IMG/VR virus record: IMGVR_UViG_3300045988_173642
Span: 1 to 64,000 of that record
Source of the DNA: a virus
Reading direction: 5' to 3' (one strand)
DNA length: 64,000 nucleotides
Position numbers and translations under genes: made by a program. Every line of letters starts with the position of its first letter. Within the stretch, counting starts at the first letter, position 1. The notes beneath the pieces are model-generated. The model ran no database searches, was not told the DNA's origin, and was given only the letters and a program-made list of their open reading frames with translations. This document shows, piece after piece, positions 24,423 through 33,930 of this stretch.

Positions 24423-26105
24423 TTAGATGATGCCGTTCTTACGTTTGTAGTCCTCGATGGCCTTCTTTGAACCTACGGGGTCGGCATCATTCCATGTGGG
24501 ATAGCCAGTCTGAGCCTTTTTCATCTTCACGCTCTCGCCATTGTTGGCCGGGGCTGCCCCAGCGTTGGTCTCTTCGCCTGCCTCGTTGGTCAGATCGTCA
24601 ATCTGAGCCTGCATGTCGGCAATCTTCTGCTCTGCCGTGGCAAGCGCGTCCTTAGCACCCTTTAAGTCGGCTTCAGCCTGCGCCTTTGCCTCGGTGAGAG
24701 CATTCATCTCGTCGTTCTTCTTGGCAATGGCCTCTGTGTGTTGGGCGTTAAGTTCTTCAATTTCTCTACTATGAGCCTCCTTTGCTTCGGCCAGTGCGTT
24801 CTCCGCGACGGTCTTGGCATCGTTAGCTGCGGTTACTTGTGCGGAGAGTTCGTCAACCTTGCCCTGCATATCTGCGAGAGCCGTCTCCGCTGTGGTGGCT
24901 TTCTGCTCAGCATCGGCCACCTTTTGCTCAGCTTCCTTCATGTTGGCTTCGAGTTTGTCAAGAAGCGAGGCGTTCATATACGCGCCCTCTTCCGTCACGG
25001 CAATCTCTCCAGCCTTCAATCCGCAAGCGGCATTGATAAGTGGATAATTCTCCATATTGAAATTTTGGTTGGTTGCTGTCTGTTTGTTCTGTGGTTCGTT
25101 CTGAGGGTCGTTCTGTGGTTCGCTCTCTGGTTCATTCTGTGGTTCCGCTTCTGGTTCCGATGCCTCGCGCTTGATAAGTTCTGCTCTGCCATCGTAAAGG
25201 GCAAACGCGCGTTGCACCACTCCCATGAATGTTGACTGACCATCGGCGAGAATACCCTTCACGTCTTCGGCATTAAATACCTTACCGTGCAAATGTTCGT
25301 CTTTGGCATTTGGGAAAGCCTTCTTGATGTCGGCGCGGAACTCAACACCCAATTCAGCCAATTCCTTGACCAACTCCTCGTCATCGTCATTGTTAGCAAG
25401 GTCGCGATAGGCCTTGTTCTTGTCAAACGACTCTGGGTCGTAAGCCTCGTGGTAAGTCTCGTCGGTGAACTGATTCTTTGAGCCATCGGCCAACGTGTAG
25501 AAAGCAGCCATCACGCCGATACAACCCATTTGGTCTTTCGGATTCATATAGTAGACCTCGTCACATAGCGAAGCGAGATACATACCGGCCGAATCGCAAA
25601 GGCCGTCAATCAAGGCAATCACCTTCTGACCTTTCGAGTGGGCATATTCAATGGCAAGCGCATAATCGTTTTTGGCCCATGCTGAACCGCCCGGCGTGTT
25701 GATGATGAACACGTGGCCGCGACAAAGCGGATTGTCAGCGGCACGCATCATCATGTCGCGATGGTCGATAGATCCATACGAGCAGGCACCACCGTTGCGC
25801 GTGATTGGCCCGTCAATCGCAAGCACTGAGACGAAGGGGAAGTTCTGTGCATGTTCGTCGTCATCCGGAAGCGTCAAAACCCAATTGCCTCTGACCTGCG
25901 TGCCATCCTCCGAAATCTGATATTCCTCCGGGTAATAAAGGTTGCCTTCTCGGTCTTCTGCGGAGACAAAGCCAGAAGTCTTCTCTGGCTTGCTGAATGC
26001 CGCATGGGTGTTCAGATTCTGCTCAAGCGACTTGCGGAAACCATGAACGAAGTCAGGACTCACCATCCACTTCCGTTCGGTGATAATCTCATAAAGTCCT
26101 TTCAT
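24423..26105 (-). CDS. prohead protease (S49/ClpP-like) fused to a coiled-coil scaffold domain
   Basis: The string INTPGGSAWA...IALIDGLCDSAGMYLAS...MGCIGV fits the S49 serine-peptidase pattern. The C-terminal half is a long Ala/Glu/Lys coiled coil. Confidence 0.75.
   Translation of the reverse strand: MKGLYEIITERKWMVSPDFVHGFRKSLEQNLNTHAAFSKPEKTSGFVSAEDREGNLYYPEEYQISEDGTQVRGNWVLTLPDDDEHAQNFPFVSVLAIDGPITRNGGACSYGSIDHRDMMMRAADNPLCRGHVFIINTPGGSAWAKNDYALAIEYAHSKGQKVIALIDGLCDSAGMYLASLCDEVYYMNPKDQMGCIGVMAAFYTLADGSKNQFTDETYHEAYDPESFDKNKAYRDLANNDDDEELVKELAELGVEFRADIKKAFPNAKDEHLHGKVFNAEDVKGILADGQSTFMGVVQRAFALYDGRAELIKREASEPEAEPQNEPESEPQNDPQNEPQNKQTATNQNFNMENYPLINAACGLKAGEIAVTEEGAYMNASLLDKLEANMKEAEQKVADAEQKATTAETALADMQGKVDELSAQVTAANDAKTVAENALAEAKEAHSREIEELNAQHTEAIAKKNDEMNALTEAKAQAEADLKGAKDALATAEQKIADMQAQIDDLTNEAGEETNAGAAPANNGESVKMKKAQTGYPTWNDADPVGSKKAIEDYKRKNGII
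25089..25160 (-). repeat. six tandem 12-nt units inside the protease-scaffold gene
   Basis: The units ctgtggttcgtt / ctgagggtcgtt / ctgtggttcgct / ctctggttcatt / ctgtggttccgc / ttctggttccga encode an (E/N)P(E/Q)x linker (EPEAEPQNEPESEPQNDPQNEPQN). Confidence 0.85.
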
Positions 26106-26167
26106 TGTCTGTGTAACTATTGTTTTGTGTTAGTATTCGGCTGGTCTTCACGACCATTGCTTCATCG

Positions 26168-26238
26168 TTGCGGAAGAAGGAGTCGAACCTTCGTCTCTTA
26201 ATGGGCGATAAGCGAGCTTCCATCTGCTCCATTCCGCG
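26168..26238 (-). tRNA. initiator-tRNA-like gene with non-canonical anticodon loop
   Basis: Manual fold: CGCGGAA UG GAGC AGAUGGAA GCUC G CUUAU CGCCCA UUAAG AGAC GAAGG UUCGACU CCUUC UUCCGCA A. It has a C1xA72 mismatch and an A11:U24 pair, as in bacterial tRNA-fMet. The anticodon loop is 6 nt (or 8 nt if U31-U39 is open) and has no CAU in position. Confidence 0.55.
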
Positions 26239-26383
26239 ATTTGTTTGTTGATTCAAACGATTGCTCGTTTATTGTCTTGTTTGATTATTCATTTAAACAT
26301 TTGAACAATCAAACATTTGTTCAGTGCAAAAGTAGAAAAGGCAGCATCTGCGAACAAGGACATAAAAAGCGGCGTAAGCGCAC

Positions 26384-26421
26384 AAAAAAAGCCCCGCCAT
26401 CCGTGATTCGGACAGCGGGGC
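26384..26421 (-). terminator. rho-independent terminator
   Basis: On the minus strand, GCCCCGC...GCGGGGC is followed by UUUUUUU, directly after the stop at 26448. Confidence 0.7.
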
Positions 26422-26447
26422 TGAACAATGAAAAAAACGATGTAGAA

Positions 26448-26936
26448 TTACTCAGATAGGGTAATTGGAATGAAATCAGACATAGACTTCAAGGTGGATT
26501 GAATAGTGGCTTGGCATGCCGTTGTGGAAAACGTCAGTCCAACTTGAAAAAGGAACGAACCGGGCAACGCATAAGCCAGAAGCAAACTGCCATCTGCCTT
26601 TTTCAATACCGGATAAAACACTTCATAGCGCCTTTTACGCGCAAATTCCCGTACATTTTCCTCTCCAGCCATTATATTGGCGTTGATTTCTATGGCATAA
26701 AGACTGCCGTTGCCATTTTCCGAAACCGTCGTTTTAGCCGAAATGGAATCAGCAACAGCGTGCCCTTCATCGCTAATGGAGATATGGAAGGCAGATGGAG
26801 TGAAACGGCATCCGTCCATTTTCTGAATCTTAGCAACCCATGGCGGGATTGGCAATTGAGCGCCAGCCACGTAATGGAAATAAACGTCTGTCACGCCTTC
26901 GAGGAAGATGTCTCTACAAGATATAGGTAAATCCAT
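26448..26936 (-). CDS. hypothetical protein
   Basis: ORF track gives 26448..27011 with a GTG start. The first ATG, at 26936 (MDLPISCRD...), is preferred, but the start remains uncertain. Confidence 0.5.
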   Translation of the reverse strand: MDLPISCRDIFLEGVTDVYFHYVAGAQLPIPPWVAKIQKMDGCRFTPSAFHISISDEGHAVADSISAKTTVSENGNGSLYAIEINANIMAGEENVREFARKRRYEVFYPVLKKADGSLLLAYALPGSFLFQVGLTFSTTACQATIQSTLKSMSDFIPITLSE

Positions 26937-27007
26937 AGAAAAGAAAAATAATGATTGATATTTAACATCTATTATTAAGCCTATTAACGAAAAGAAACAA
27001 TAGAAAA

Positions 27008-27787
27008 TCACTCCCAGACGAACTCGTCTATCTGGGTGATGCGTTCTTTTTCGTCCTCGAATTGCATATCAAGCATCGAATAGGCTTTAAAATTAACGTG
27101 TTCATGATTGAGCCAACGCTCAATGATGCGGCGAAGATTGTCTTTTTCGTAAACGCTTGGTTCAATGCCGTAGCGCATCAAATAACGCTCCAACATAGAA
27201 GCCTGCGAACGGCAGACCACTTTGCCGCCGGAAGTGCAGAAGTCGAAGGTGGCAAGTGCCCATTCCACCACACTGCGCTTGAAATCATTGTTGAGCATGA
27301 TGGTGAGTTGGTTGGCGGCAAGGCGACACAGATTCCAGGTGGCCGTGACCACCTTCACTGTATCAATAAACTCCACCTCCCTCGGCAAACGGATGCAAAG
27401 GTAATCTTCCTTCGAGCTCTTGTCGTAGTCTTGTATGCCACATAAATGTTGCACCTCGGCAAAGGAAAGATATTCTATATTGTCGCGTTTGTGGATTTTC
27501 TTGCCGTCGTTGGGAGCACCGCCAGCCATCATGTTACGCCATTGTTGTTCAGAAAAACATCGAGTGCCGACATCCTGGTTATCGTTGGAAGCTGGCACCA
27601 GACCATTTTTCAAAACAAAATACTCCGGCATATACATACTGAAAACCAACGGTTCGTCTTTCGCCAACGTATGATTCGGATTGCGGTGCCGAAAAAACAA
27701 GCAACGGCTGGTTGGCATTCTCAGATAAATGTTAGGCATGGCGAAAGGAACGTTATTTCGGTTTGTTGTAATGCGAAAGGATGCCAT
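27008..27787 (-). CDS. hypothetical protein
   Basis: 259-aa ORF overlapping the upstream ORF by 35 nt. Confidence 0.55.
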   Translation of the reverse strand: MASFRITTNRNNVPFAMPNIYLRMPTSRCLFFRHRNPNHTLAKDEPLVFSMYMPEYFVLKNGLVPASNDNQDVGTRCFSEQQWRNMMAGGAPNDGKKIHKRDNIEYLSFAEVQHLCGIQDYDKSSKEDYLCIRLPREVEFIDTVKVVTATWNLCRLAANQLTIMLNNDFKRSVVEWALATFDFCTSGGKVVCRSQASMLERYLMRYGIEPSVYEKDNLRRIIERWLNHEHVNFKAYSMLDMQFEDEKERITQIDEFVWE

Positions 27788-28688
27788 CCGTCACGGCGAG
27801 GCAATAGCTGAGCACATCTCTTGATTTGCGCTTGCCCACCAGTCTATCCAGTTTCTCCGTCTGCTCGTTGTCGAGATTGAATGCCAGTGCCACGGCATCA
27901 ATGTATGCGCCGCCACTCTCTGTGTGCTTGATGAAGTTGTGGCCAAAGCGCTTGCCAGAGTCAAAAAACTGGTTGATGGCCATGATCATATCTTCCTGCG
28001 TGTAGGCAGTAGGCAGCGGGCGGAATTTAGTAATCTTCTCTGAATAGGTCTTTAGGCGTTTCTCGAGGTAGTCGTTGATGCTGTCGGCATAATCCATATA
28101 GAGCTGCGCTTCCTTGCTTTCGCTCTCCTGTGGCCGCACCGACTGGAAATAGCCGCCAAGGTGTTTCAATACTTGCAAAACGGCATCAAACTGCTGAAAT
28201 TGGATGTTGTGCCCAAATAATCCGTCCATGTCGTCGCGAATTTCGAGCAACAGACCTTCCAACATATCAGCCAGGAACGTGAGCTTGTAAAGCCGTGCCG
28301 TCAGCCGCTGAACATTGGCTGAAGCATCGGCCTGGGAATAATCAACGAAATACTTCAACAGATGCGTAAACGACAAAGTCTCCACCTCTTCATTGGAATG
28401 CAGATTTGTCTGCACAACCGACGACAAGAGCACGTCGGCTAACTGCCGATCTTTCTTCTCAATCTGCCGCACCAAATTGGCGAGCACGCTGGAACCTTTT
28501 GCAGATCGCGAAGCTGCTTCCACGAAACGGTTGCGTTTCTCCACCATCGCCTTATATTCCGGATGACGGAAAAGCACGCTCAACGTCTCTGCATATTTCT
28601 CAATCGGCACATCGTTGAAGTTAAACGTATAAATGGTGGGCTTGGCCACAACATTGGCCAAGTCCTGAGTTTTCTGTTTTTTATTCAT
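27753..28688 (-). CDS. hypothetical protein
   Basis: 311-aa helical ORF downstream of the dUTPase gene. Confidence 0.55.
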   Translation of the reverse strand: MNKKQKTQDLANVVAKPTIYTFNFNDVPIEKYAETLSVLFRHPEYKAMVEKRNRFVEAASRSAKGSSVLANLVRQIEKKDRQLADVLLSSVVQTNLHSNEEVETLSFTHLLKYFVDYSQADASANVQRLTARLYKLTFLADMLEGLLLEIRDDMDGLFGHNIQFQQFDAVLQVLKHLGGYFQSVRPQESESKEAQLYMDYADSINDYLEKRLKTYSEKITKFRPLPTAYTQEDMIMAINQFFDSGKRFGHNFIKHTESGGAYIDAVALAFNLDNEQTEKLDRLVGKRKSRDVLSYCLAVTDGILSHYNKPK

Positions 28689-28724
28689 TGCCTAAATCCG
28701 TTTTAAACATAATGAACATACTTT

Positions 28725-29171
28725 TCATTTTCCCGTATGACCATATCCACGGTCGCCACGTACCGTTTTTCGCAGTTCCGTCACCTCCACGAAGTCCAAC
28801 GCCTCGGTGCGCTCCAAACAAATCTGGCACAGTTTTTCGCCCACCTTATAGCGTGGCATGTCGGGCATGACGTGATAGAACACCACGGAAATCTCTCCAG
28901 TGTATGACTCGTCGATGGTGCCTTGTGCGTTGGAAAGCACCATGCCCGTCTTCCACACAGAAGAACGGGCGCGAACGTTGAAGGCTCGGATGTTATGGCC
29001 GTCATATTCGTTGACTGGCTGCAAAGCAAAGCCAAGGCCATATTTCCACACGTTGGGGGCCACCTCTTCTTCGCTAACGGCAAAGCAGTCGTAACAGAAA
29101 TCATTCTCATACCCAGAAGCCTTAACCGGAATCTGGGCTTTTTCGTCTAACTTTTTGAAAAATACTTTCAT
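28725..29171 (-). CDS. dut: dUTP diphosphatase
   Basis: dUTPase motifs are present: ARSSV, GTIDESYTGEI and a C-terminal RGDRGYGHTG. Confidence 0.8.
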   Translation of the reverse strand: MKVFFKKLDEKAQIPVKASGYENDFCYDCFAVSEEEVAPNVWKYGLGFALQPVNEYDGHNIRAFNVRARSSVWKTGMVLSNAQGTIDESYTGEISVVFYHVMPDMPRYKVGEKLCQICLERTEALDFVEVTELRKTVRGDRGYGHTGK

Positions 29172-30070
29172 TATATCTCGAAATTAGGGAGGTATGCTTG
29201 CATACGCTCGTTGATAATCTTGCTGATTTGTGCCGCCACGATACGCGCATCTTCATGCGCCTTTCCTGTTGTGTCGCGCAAACGCATATCTATGATGTGG
29301 TGCCATTCGTTCAAGGTGTAGGTGTAGGCACAAATGGTGTACGTATTAAACGTCAGATTACCGCGTGCATCCTCTGGCTTGAGTCCTGTCCACAATAAAA
29401 ACTTATAGACCTTCTCTGCCACCCAATAGCCGAAGTGAGAGGCCCAGCGCTGATACCACTTAGAATTGGCCTCCCAATGCGGACGGCAAATCATAACGCC
29501 GCCTTTCTTGACGAGATTCACGTAACGTGTGCTCTGCTCCGCGATGTTGTTTGGCGATTTTCGGTTATATGATTCTCCTTGTATGCGCTGCGTTGTCACC
29601 ACTAAAGTCATACGCAACAAGAGAAAAGCATCGTCGCAATGATATTTCTGCGCCTTCGCGATGAACACTTCTTCTGTGACGATATATCTGGAAAGCATCT
29701 GCAACCAGTCCTTGTGCTCGCCGAGAAACTGACTATTGGTGCTTATCCACACTTTACTGCCCTTGACGGCATAATCTATATATGGAGAAGCCACCATGAG
29801 CGACCACACATGAATCGTATGCAGCAACTTCTCGTTCGGCACAAAGAAATACGTGGTGCCGTGGCGATACATCGACCGATGGCCGCTTTCCCAGAATCCC
29901 TGACAACGTTCTTGGTCGCGCTTCAAGATGAAAGCTTCAGTTTCTTCTTCTGTCAGTCCTTCTGCCGGCTGCTTTCCTTTTGCCTTGTAGCATATTCTGC
30001 CAACACGTGCAATGTGTTGGAACAACGATTTCTGCGGCCACCATTCGACCGACGCATTAATGAATTTCAT
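29171..30070 (-). CDS. ThyX-like (flavin-dependent thymidylate synthase family) protein, divergent
   Basis: SGHRSMYRHGTTYF resembles the GH.S..EH motif. NRKSPNNIAEQSTRYV aligns with RHR(x7)SQRYV, but RHR is not conserved. LNEWHHIIDMRL...AHEDAR resembles the C-terminal ThyX helix. Confidence 0.55.
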   Translation of the reverse strand: MKFINASVEWWPQKSLFQHIARVGRICYKAKGKQPAEGLTEEETEAFILKRDQERCQGFWESGHRSMYRHGTTYFFVPNEKLLHTIHVWSLMVASPYIDYAVKGSKVWISTNSQFLGEHKDWLQMLSRYIVTEEVFIAKAQKYHCDDAFLLLRMTLVVTTQRIQGESYNRKSPNNIAEQSTRYVNLVKKGGVMICRPHWEANSKWYQRWASHFGYWVAEKVYKFLLWTGLKPEDARGNLTFNTYTICAYTYTLNEWHHIIDMRLRDTTGKAHEDARIVAAQISKIINERMQAYLPNFEI

Positions 30071-30116
30071 GACTTATGAATTATAATTTGTTTTACAATA
30101 GAGCTAAACATGACTA

Positions 30117-30614
30117 TCACCGAAGGAGATATTTGATGCGCAACACTTCATCCGCAAGTGCTTCTGTCGTTCCATTATTGTAGATGCAATAGTCGAAGAA
30201 TGCCTTTGGCAAGAATACCCGTTCTTTGTCGCGCTTGATACGCTCTTTGCTGACACCGCGACGCAAACGAGTGCGCTCTGAGGCATACACACTGATGGAG
30301 AAGCGTTCCATCCACGGAAAACGGCGACACAACATCTTCAATCCTTCTTCATCAACCACGTAGATGCCCGCCTCGCCAATCTGCTCCACCGTGGTCCAAT
30401 ATTCGTAACCGCCATATTTAGTGTAAGCCAACATCTTGTCGCGCGGCACATCACATTTCTCCACGAAATGATGTTCAACGCCGTCAATCTCGCCCGGACG
30501 CTTTGGACGCGTCGTGTAAGAACACAACACTTTATAGCCACATAGCTCAGAAAGCATACGCGCTACGGTGTCTTTTCCAGTGCCACTCGGCCCTGTAATT
30601 GTTATTAATTTCAT
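30117..30614 (-). CDS. guanylate-kinase-like nucleoside monophosphate kinase
   Basis: Has a P-loop (ITGPSGTGKDT) and SYTTRPKRPGEIDGVEHHFV (guanylate kinase signature pattern). I trimmed it to the ATG at 30614. Confidence 0.7.
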   Translation of the reverse strand: MKLITITGPSGTGKDTVARMLSELCGYKVLCSYTTRPKRPGEIDGVEHHFVEKCDVPRDKMLAYTKYGGYEYWTTVEQIGEAGIYVVDEEGLKMLCRRFPWMERFSISVYASERTRLRRGVSKERIKRDKERVFLPKAFFDYCIYNNGTTEALADEVLRIKYLLR

Positions 30615-30738
30615 GTAGTATTTTTTTGATTTATGATGTGAATTTTTTCGATAGACAATCATAGGACTTTCATAAGACTTTTAATAGACTTGAGGTAGAC
30701 TTGCTCAAAGCATAAAAATCAATAAATATTTATAGAAT

Positions 30739-31821
30739 TTAGCCTTTTAACTCATTCCAAACACGCCTGCAAATCTGCCTATATGTTTTAACATCGAGTT
30801 CTGCTTTGCAGACATGAATAAGGTAGTTATAGGTCACGGTCTTACTTTGGCCCAACTGATTCCATTTCACGTTTGTCTGACCTTCATTGTATTTCAGGCT
30901 ACATCGTGAGAGTTGATGAAACAAGTCAAGCCCGTAAGGATGCGACCGCAACGCCCAACCGACCTTGATCCACTCATGATAACTCTCGGTGATATTTTTA
31001 TGATTGGCAACAAGTTCCTGTACAATCAGCTCTATCAATCTGTCTTGCACTCGTCGCTGCTCCCAGAACTGCACCCCACCTTTATCATTGTAGATAGCGC
31101 CGCTACCATAGCGATACGATGGCCTGAGCGCATTCGGAAGCGCGTACGGAATCGCCGGTGGAATGTACTCTTCCACCCCCCTATACGGCACCACGTTCTC
31201 ATTTATATATATACGCTCTGGCTCATCCCACGATGCAAAACGCACGCGCCCAATGTTGCTACAAGCCTTGTCAAGCCGAATACCAATGCGTGCATATTCC
31301 TTCAACAACGCTTTAAACTGCGCCTTGTGGCGGTCAGGGTAAGCCAGACGCACCAAACCGAAATAACCGCTGCCGGAGCAGGATCGCATGAGGAGACCAA
31401 TTTCTGGCCTGAAACGGCAAACCATACGGATATTTTCGAAATTGCTCAACTGCACGTTGTCGGCAAAGTCAATGTCGATGGCGAGCCATCCCGTATGTTG
31501 CTGAAGATGGCTCTCACGGCGGCTCACCATCACGCGCTTGCCAGGATGCGTCAAACTGTCATCTTCATAGAGCGCAAAGAGGCCGCTGAGCGTGGCTCCA
31601 GGCAACATCTTTTTGGTCTCGATATATTCAGGCATCTGCTTGGCCTGACTGCCATACTTCTGCCGCAGATCGCGCAAACGCTGCACATACGGCTTCCAGC
31701 GATCGGTCAGGCAAAACTCGCGGATGGTCATCTGCTGGATGCACTCACCCGTTTCACGGTCAACAAAACGCCCATAGGCATCGGTTGACTTCTCATACAC
31801 AGAGCATAATTCCTCGAACAT
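30739..31821 (-). CDS. BT4734/VirE-N-like primase-domain protein
   Basis: The strings WLAIDIDF...MRSCSGSGYFGLVRL...GRVRFASWDEPE fit the BT4734-like N-terminal (VirE_N) primase-type pattern. The ORF-track start at 31878 is a TTG; the first ATG is at 31821. Confidence 0.5.
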   Translation of the reverse strand: MFEELCSVYEKSTDAYGRFVDRETGECIQQMTIREFCLTDRWKPYVQRLRDLRQKYGSQAKQMPEYIETKKMLPGATLSGLFALYEDDSLTHPGKRVMVSRRESHLQQHTGWLAIDIDFADNVQLSNFENIRMVCRFRPEIGLLMRSCSGSGYFGLVRLAYPDRHKAQFKALLKEYARIGIRLDKACSNIGRVRFASWDEPERIYINENVVPYRGVEEYIPPAIPYALPNALRPSYRYGSGAIYNDKGGVQFWEQRRVQDRLIELIVQELVANHKNITESYHEWIKVGWALRSHPYGLDLFHQLSRCSLKYNEGQTNVKWNQLGQSKTVTYNYLIHVCKAELDVKTYRQICRRVWNELKG

Positions 31822-32092
31822 TTGATTTACGTTTTTGATGTCGGTGACAAAATTAAAAAATATATGATAATCTCGCAATGAAAACTTGTTTAATCTTGCT
31901 CTATCATAGGATTTTTAACTTTACAGGGTGTTTTCAAGGATTTTATGGCGGTTAGTCTCTGGTTGTATTAGTTATTATAATGCCTAATACAACATCAAGA
32001 AATCTTCATAGCCAAACCAAAATTTGGCTATGCTTTGTCTCTATCTTTGCGCCAAGTTCAATCATGAACGAAACTAAACAAACACAAAAACT

Positions 32093-32599
32093 ATGCAGAT
32101 TAAAACTAACAACGGCGACTTCGATGTTGCCAGTAAGGGGCTTGGCAACACGGCCCTTGGTCTTGGCATTGCGGGCTTGGCAACAAGTCTGCTCGGTGGC
32201 GGTGCCACTTTGCTCGGAGGCTTCGGCAACAAGCCGACCATGAACACCAATGACCCCGATGCGCGATTCGTCACGAAATCGGAGACTAACCTCATTCAGG
32301 AGAACTCTACACTCAAGACGGAGCTTGCTATTCAAAAGAGCGAGAACTACACCGATAAAAAGTTGGTGGAAGTGACGGCTTACATTGAGGGCAAAATCAA
32401 TCGCCTCGAAGACAAAGTGAATGCCAATAAGGATGCTCAGCAGGCCATCAATGCTCAGCAAATGGCTTATAACGCCGCAGCAAATGCCAACATCGACGTA
32501 CTGAAGTCGCAGGTGGCTGCACTGACAAGCGTCACGAAGATGTACATTCCGTCCAGCAATGTTTGCCAAACGAACTGCGGATGCGGATGCACCGCCTAA
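32093..32599 (+). CDS. glycine-zipper TM + coiled-coil protein ending in CQTNCGCGCTA
   Basis: 168-aa ORF with a hydrophobic Gly-rich segment (LGNTALGLGIAGLATSLLGGGATLLGGFG), a heptad-rich centre and 4 Cys in the last 11 residues. Confidence 0.55.
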   Translation: MQIKTNNGDFDVASKGLGNTALGLGIAGLATSLLGGGATLLGGFGNKPTMNTNDPDARFVTKSETNLIQENSTLKTELAIQKSENYTDKKLVEVTAYIEGKINRLEDKVNANKDAQQAINAQQMAYNAAANANIDVLKSQVAALTSVTKMYIPSSNVCQTNCGCGCTA

Positions 32600-32606
32600 A
32601 AGATGA

Positions 32607-33035
32607 ATGAAGATGAATTTCACAAATTCACAAATCCTGGCAGCCGTCGTGTCCGAATGGGCACGGCCTGCCATTTCTCAAATTGCGACGGGAAAGCTCA
32701 TGCACCTACCAATGCTGCAATCCATGCAGGCCACCATCGCCTCAATGGGACTGGTTAGCGGGGATTATGCGTTGCAGAAAGACATTGAACCGCTCATTCA
32801 GCCCATAATCAACTCGCTCGTCACACCGATTCTCGCCAAATACTTCGCCCAAATCCCTGAAGAGAGCATCCCGCAGATGGCACACGACATTGTGGAAAAG
32901 GTCAGATACAACGGCCCATTGTCTGTGCTTGAAGACATGGTGACCTTCGACGAGGAAGACCTTGACGAATTGGCCGACCTGTTGCAGAAGAACCTCCCCG
33001 TTGAAACGACGGAGACTTATCAAATAAAGAGATAG
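32607..33035 (+). CDS. hypothetical protein
   Basis: 142-aa ORF starting 7 nt after the previous stop. Confidence 0.5.
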   Translation: MKMNFTNSQILAAVVSEWARPAISQIATGKLMHLPMLQSMQATIASMGLVSGDYALQKDIEPLIQPIINSLVTPILAKYFAQIPEESIPQMAHDIVEKVRYNGPLSVLEDMVTFDEEDLDELADLLQKNLPVETTETYQIKR

Positions 33036-33090
33036 AAGAAACATGAAAAGCGGCGGCAAGCATCGTCGCATTACTAAAACAGAAAAGATT

Positions 33091-33519
33091 ATGAACAAAA
33101 AAACGCTTCCGGCCAACATTACGGCCACACTTGCAGTTGGCGCAACGGCCACTGCTCCTTATTATGACATCAACATCACGCAGCAGCTCTGCACACCGGC
33201 CTGCGTGGACGAAACGCCCGTGTTCTCCCCTACTTTCATGGTGAAAAGCATCGCAAATGTCGGCACCTCGCAATATTTGGTGGTGATACACGTGGAGGGC
33301 GTGGTCAACTACATTCCTTGCAACTGCGGCCCATGCTGCACGAGGTCGCAAGTCATCAGTCAGGATTTCACGATTCCCGTCTTTAGTGCAACGCCCGTAA
33401 CCGCCGTCAAGCCATCCATCGGAACGGTGCAAAACGGCATCGCACGCATTTCCTGCTGCGCCTGCTCTAAAACGTTCGTGTCGGACGTACCATTGACGCT
33501 GACCATTACAAATGCCTAA
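33091..33519 (+). CDS. Cys-cluster beta-rich small protein
   Basis: ORF track gives 33043..33519. The ATG at 33091 (MNKKTLPAN...) is preferred. Cys clusters are CTPAC, PCNCGPCC and SCCACS. Confidence 0.5.
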   Translation: MNKKTLPANITATLAVGATATAPYYDINITQQLCTPACVDETPVFSPTFMVKSIANVGTSQYLVVIHVEGVVNYIPCNCGPCCTRSQVISQDFTIPVFSATPVTAVKPSIGTVQNGIARISCCACSKTFVSDVPLTLTITNA

Positions 33520-33525
33520 TAAGTC

Positions 33526-33822
33526 ATGCTCTTGCTGACTGCGTTTGCCGCCATGATTTCCGCCACCCTTATTCACCATCTCGGACTGGCACAGGCCATC
33601 GCTGGTGTTGTGAAGAAGGTGACGGATTGCGGACAATGTTTCACGTTTTGGACCACACTCACGGGCCTGCTCTATTCCGGCGGCAACATCATCACGAGCA
33701 CGCTTCTGGCCATCATTATGGCCTACTTATATAATTGGTTTGTTTTACTTTTGTTGCTTTTGCAACGAATATTCACTAACTTGTATGGCAAAGAAACAGA
33801 ACAACGACAAAAAGGCGAATAA
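33526..33822 (+). CDS. small multi-pass membrane protein (holin-like size)
   Basis: 98 aa with three hydrophobic segments and a charged C-terminal tail (KETEQRQKGE). Confidence 0.5.
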   Translation: MLLLTAFAAMISATLIHHLGLAQAIAGVVKKVTDCGQCFTFWTTLTGLLYSGGNIITSTLLAIIMAYLYNWFVLLLLLLQRIFTNLYGKETEQRQKGE

Positions 33823-33930
33823 GGATGAACAAAAAGTTGGCACAAAACGTGTTGGCTTCTTCGCTACCTTAGTACCGGCAATACCAAAATTCAAAGGCAT
33901 TTGCCCTAACTGTTAAAACATAAACAAAGC

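Noticed and set aside
26168-26238. The idea that the tRNA-like gene, read with an 8-nt anticodon loop containing GCCC, decodes quadruplets and thereby repairs the frame breaks on the G runs of the methyltransferase locus.
   Set aside because: Quadruplet reading shifts the ribosome +1. On the G7 and G6 runs that leads straight into stop codons. The productive frames need the equivalent of one extra nucleotide (-1), so the direction is wrong.
26295-26307. A 13-nt match, aaacatttgaaca, shared with 43194-43206. Both copies lie upstream of structural operons, so it was considered as a late promoter box.
   Set aside because: 13-mer matches are well within chance expectation for this window. The surrounding similarity (aatcgttt..tcaa) is loose. 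It is worth a motif search with more genomes but is not supportable here.
32006-32674. A 222-aa minus-strand ORF antisense to the first two genes of the plus-strand island.
   Set aside because: Its composition is low-complexity and Leu/Ile/His-rich. The plus-strand ORFs are tightly and regularly spaced (6-7 nt gaps) and have protein-like features, so this is a shadow ORF.
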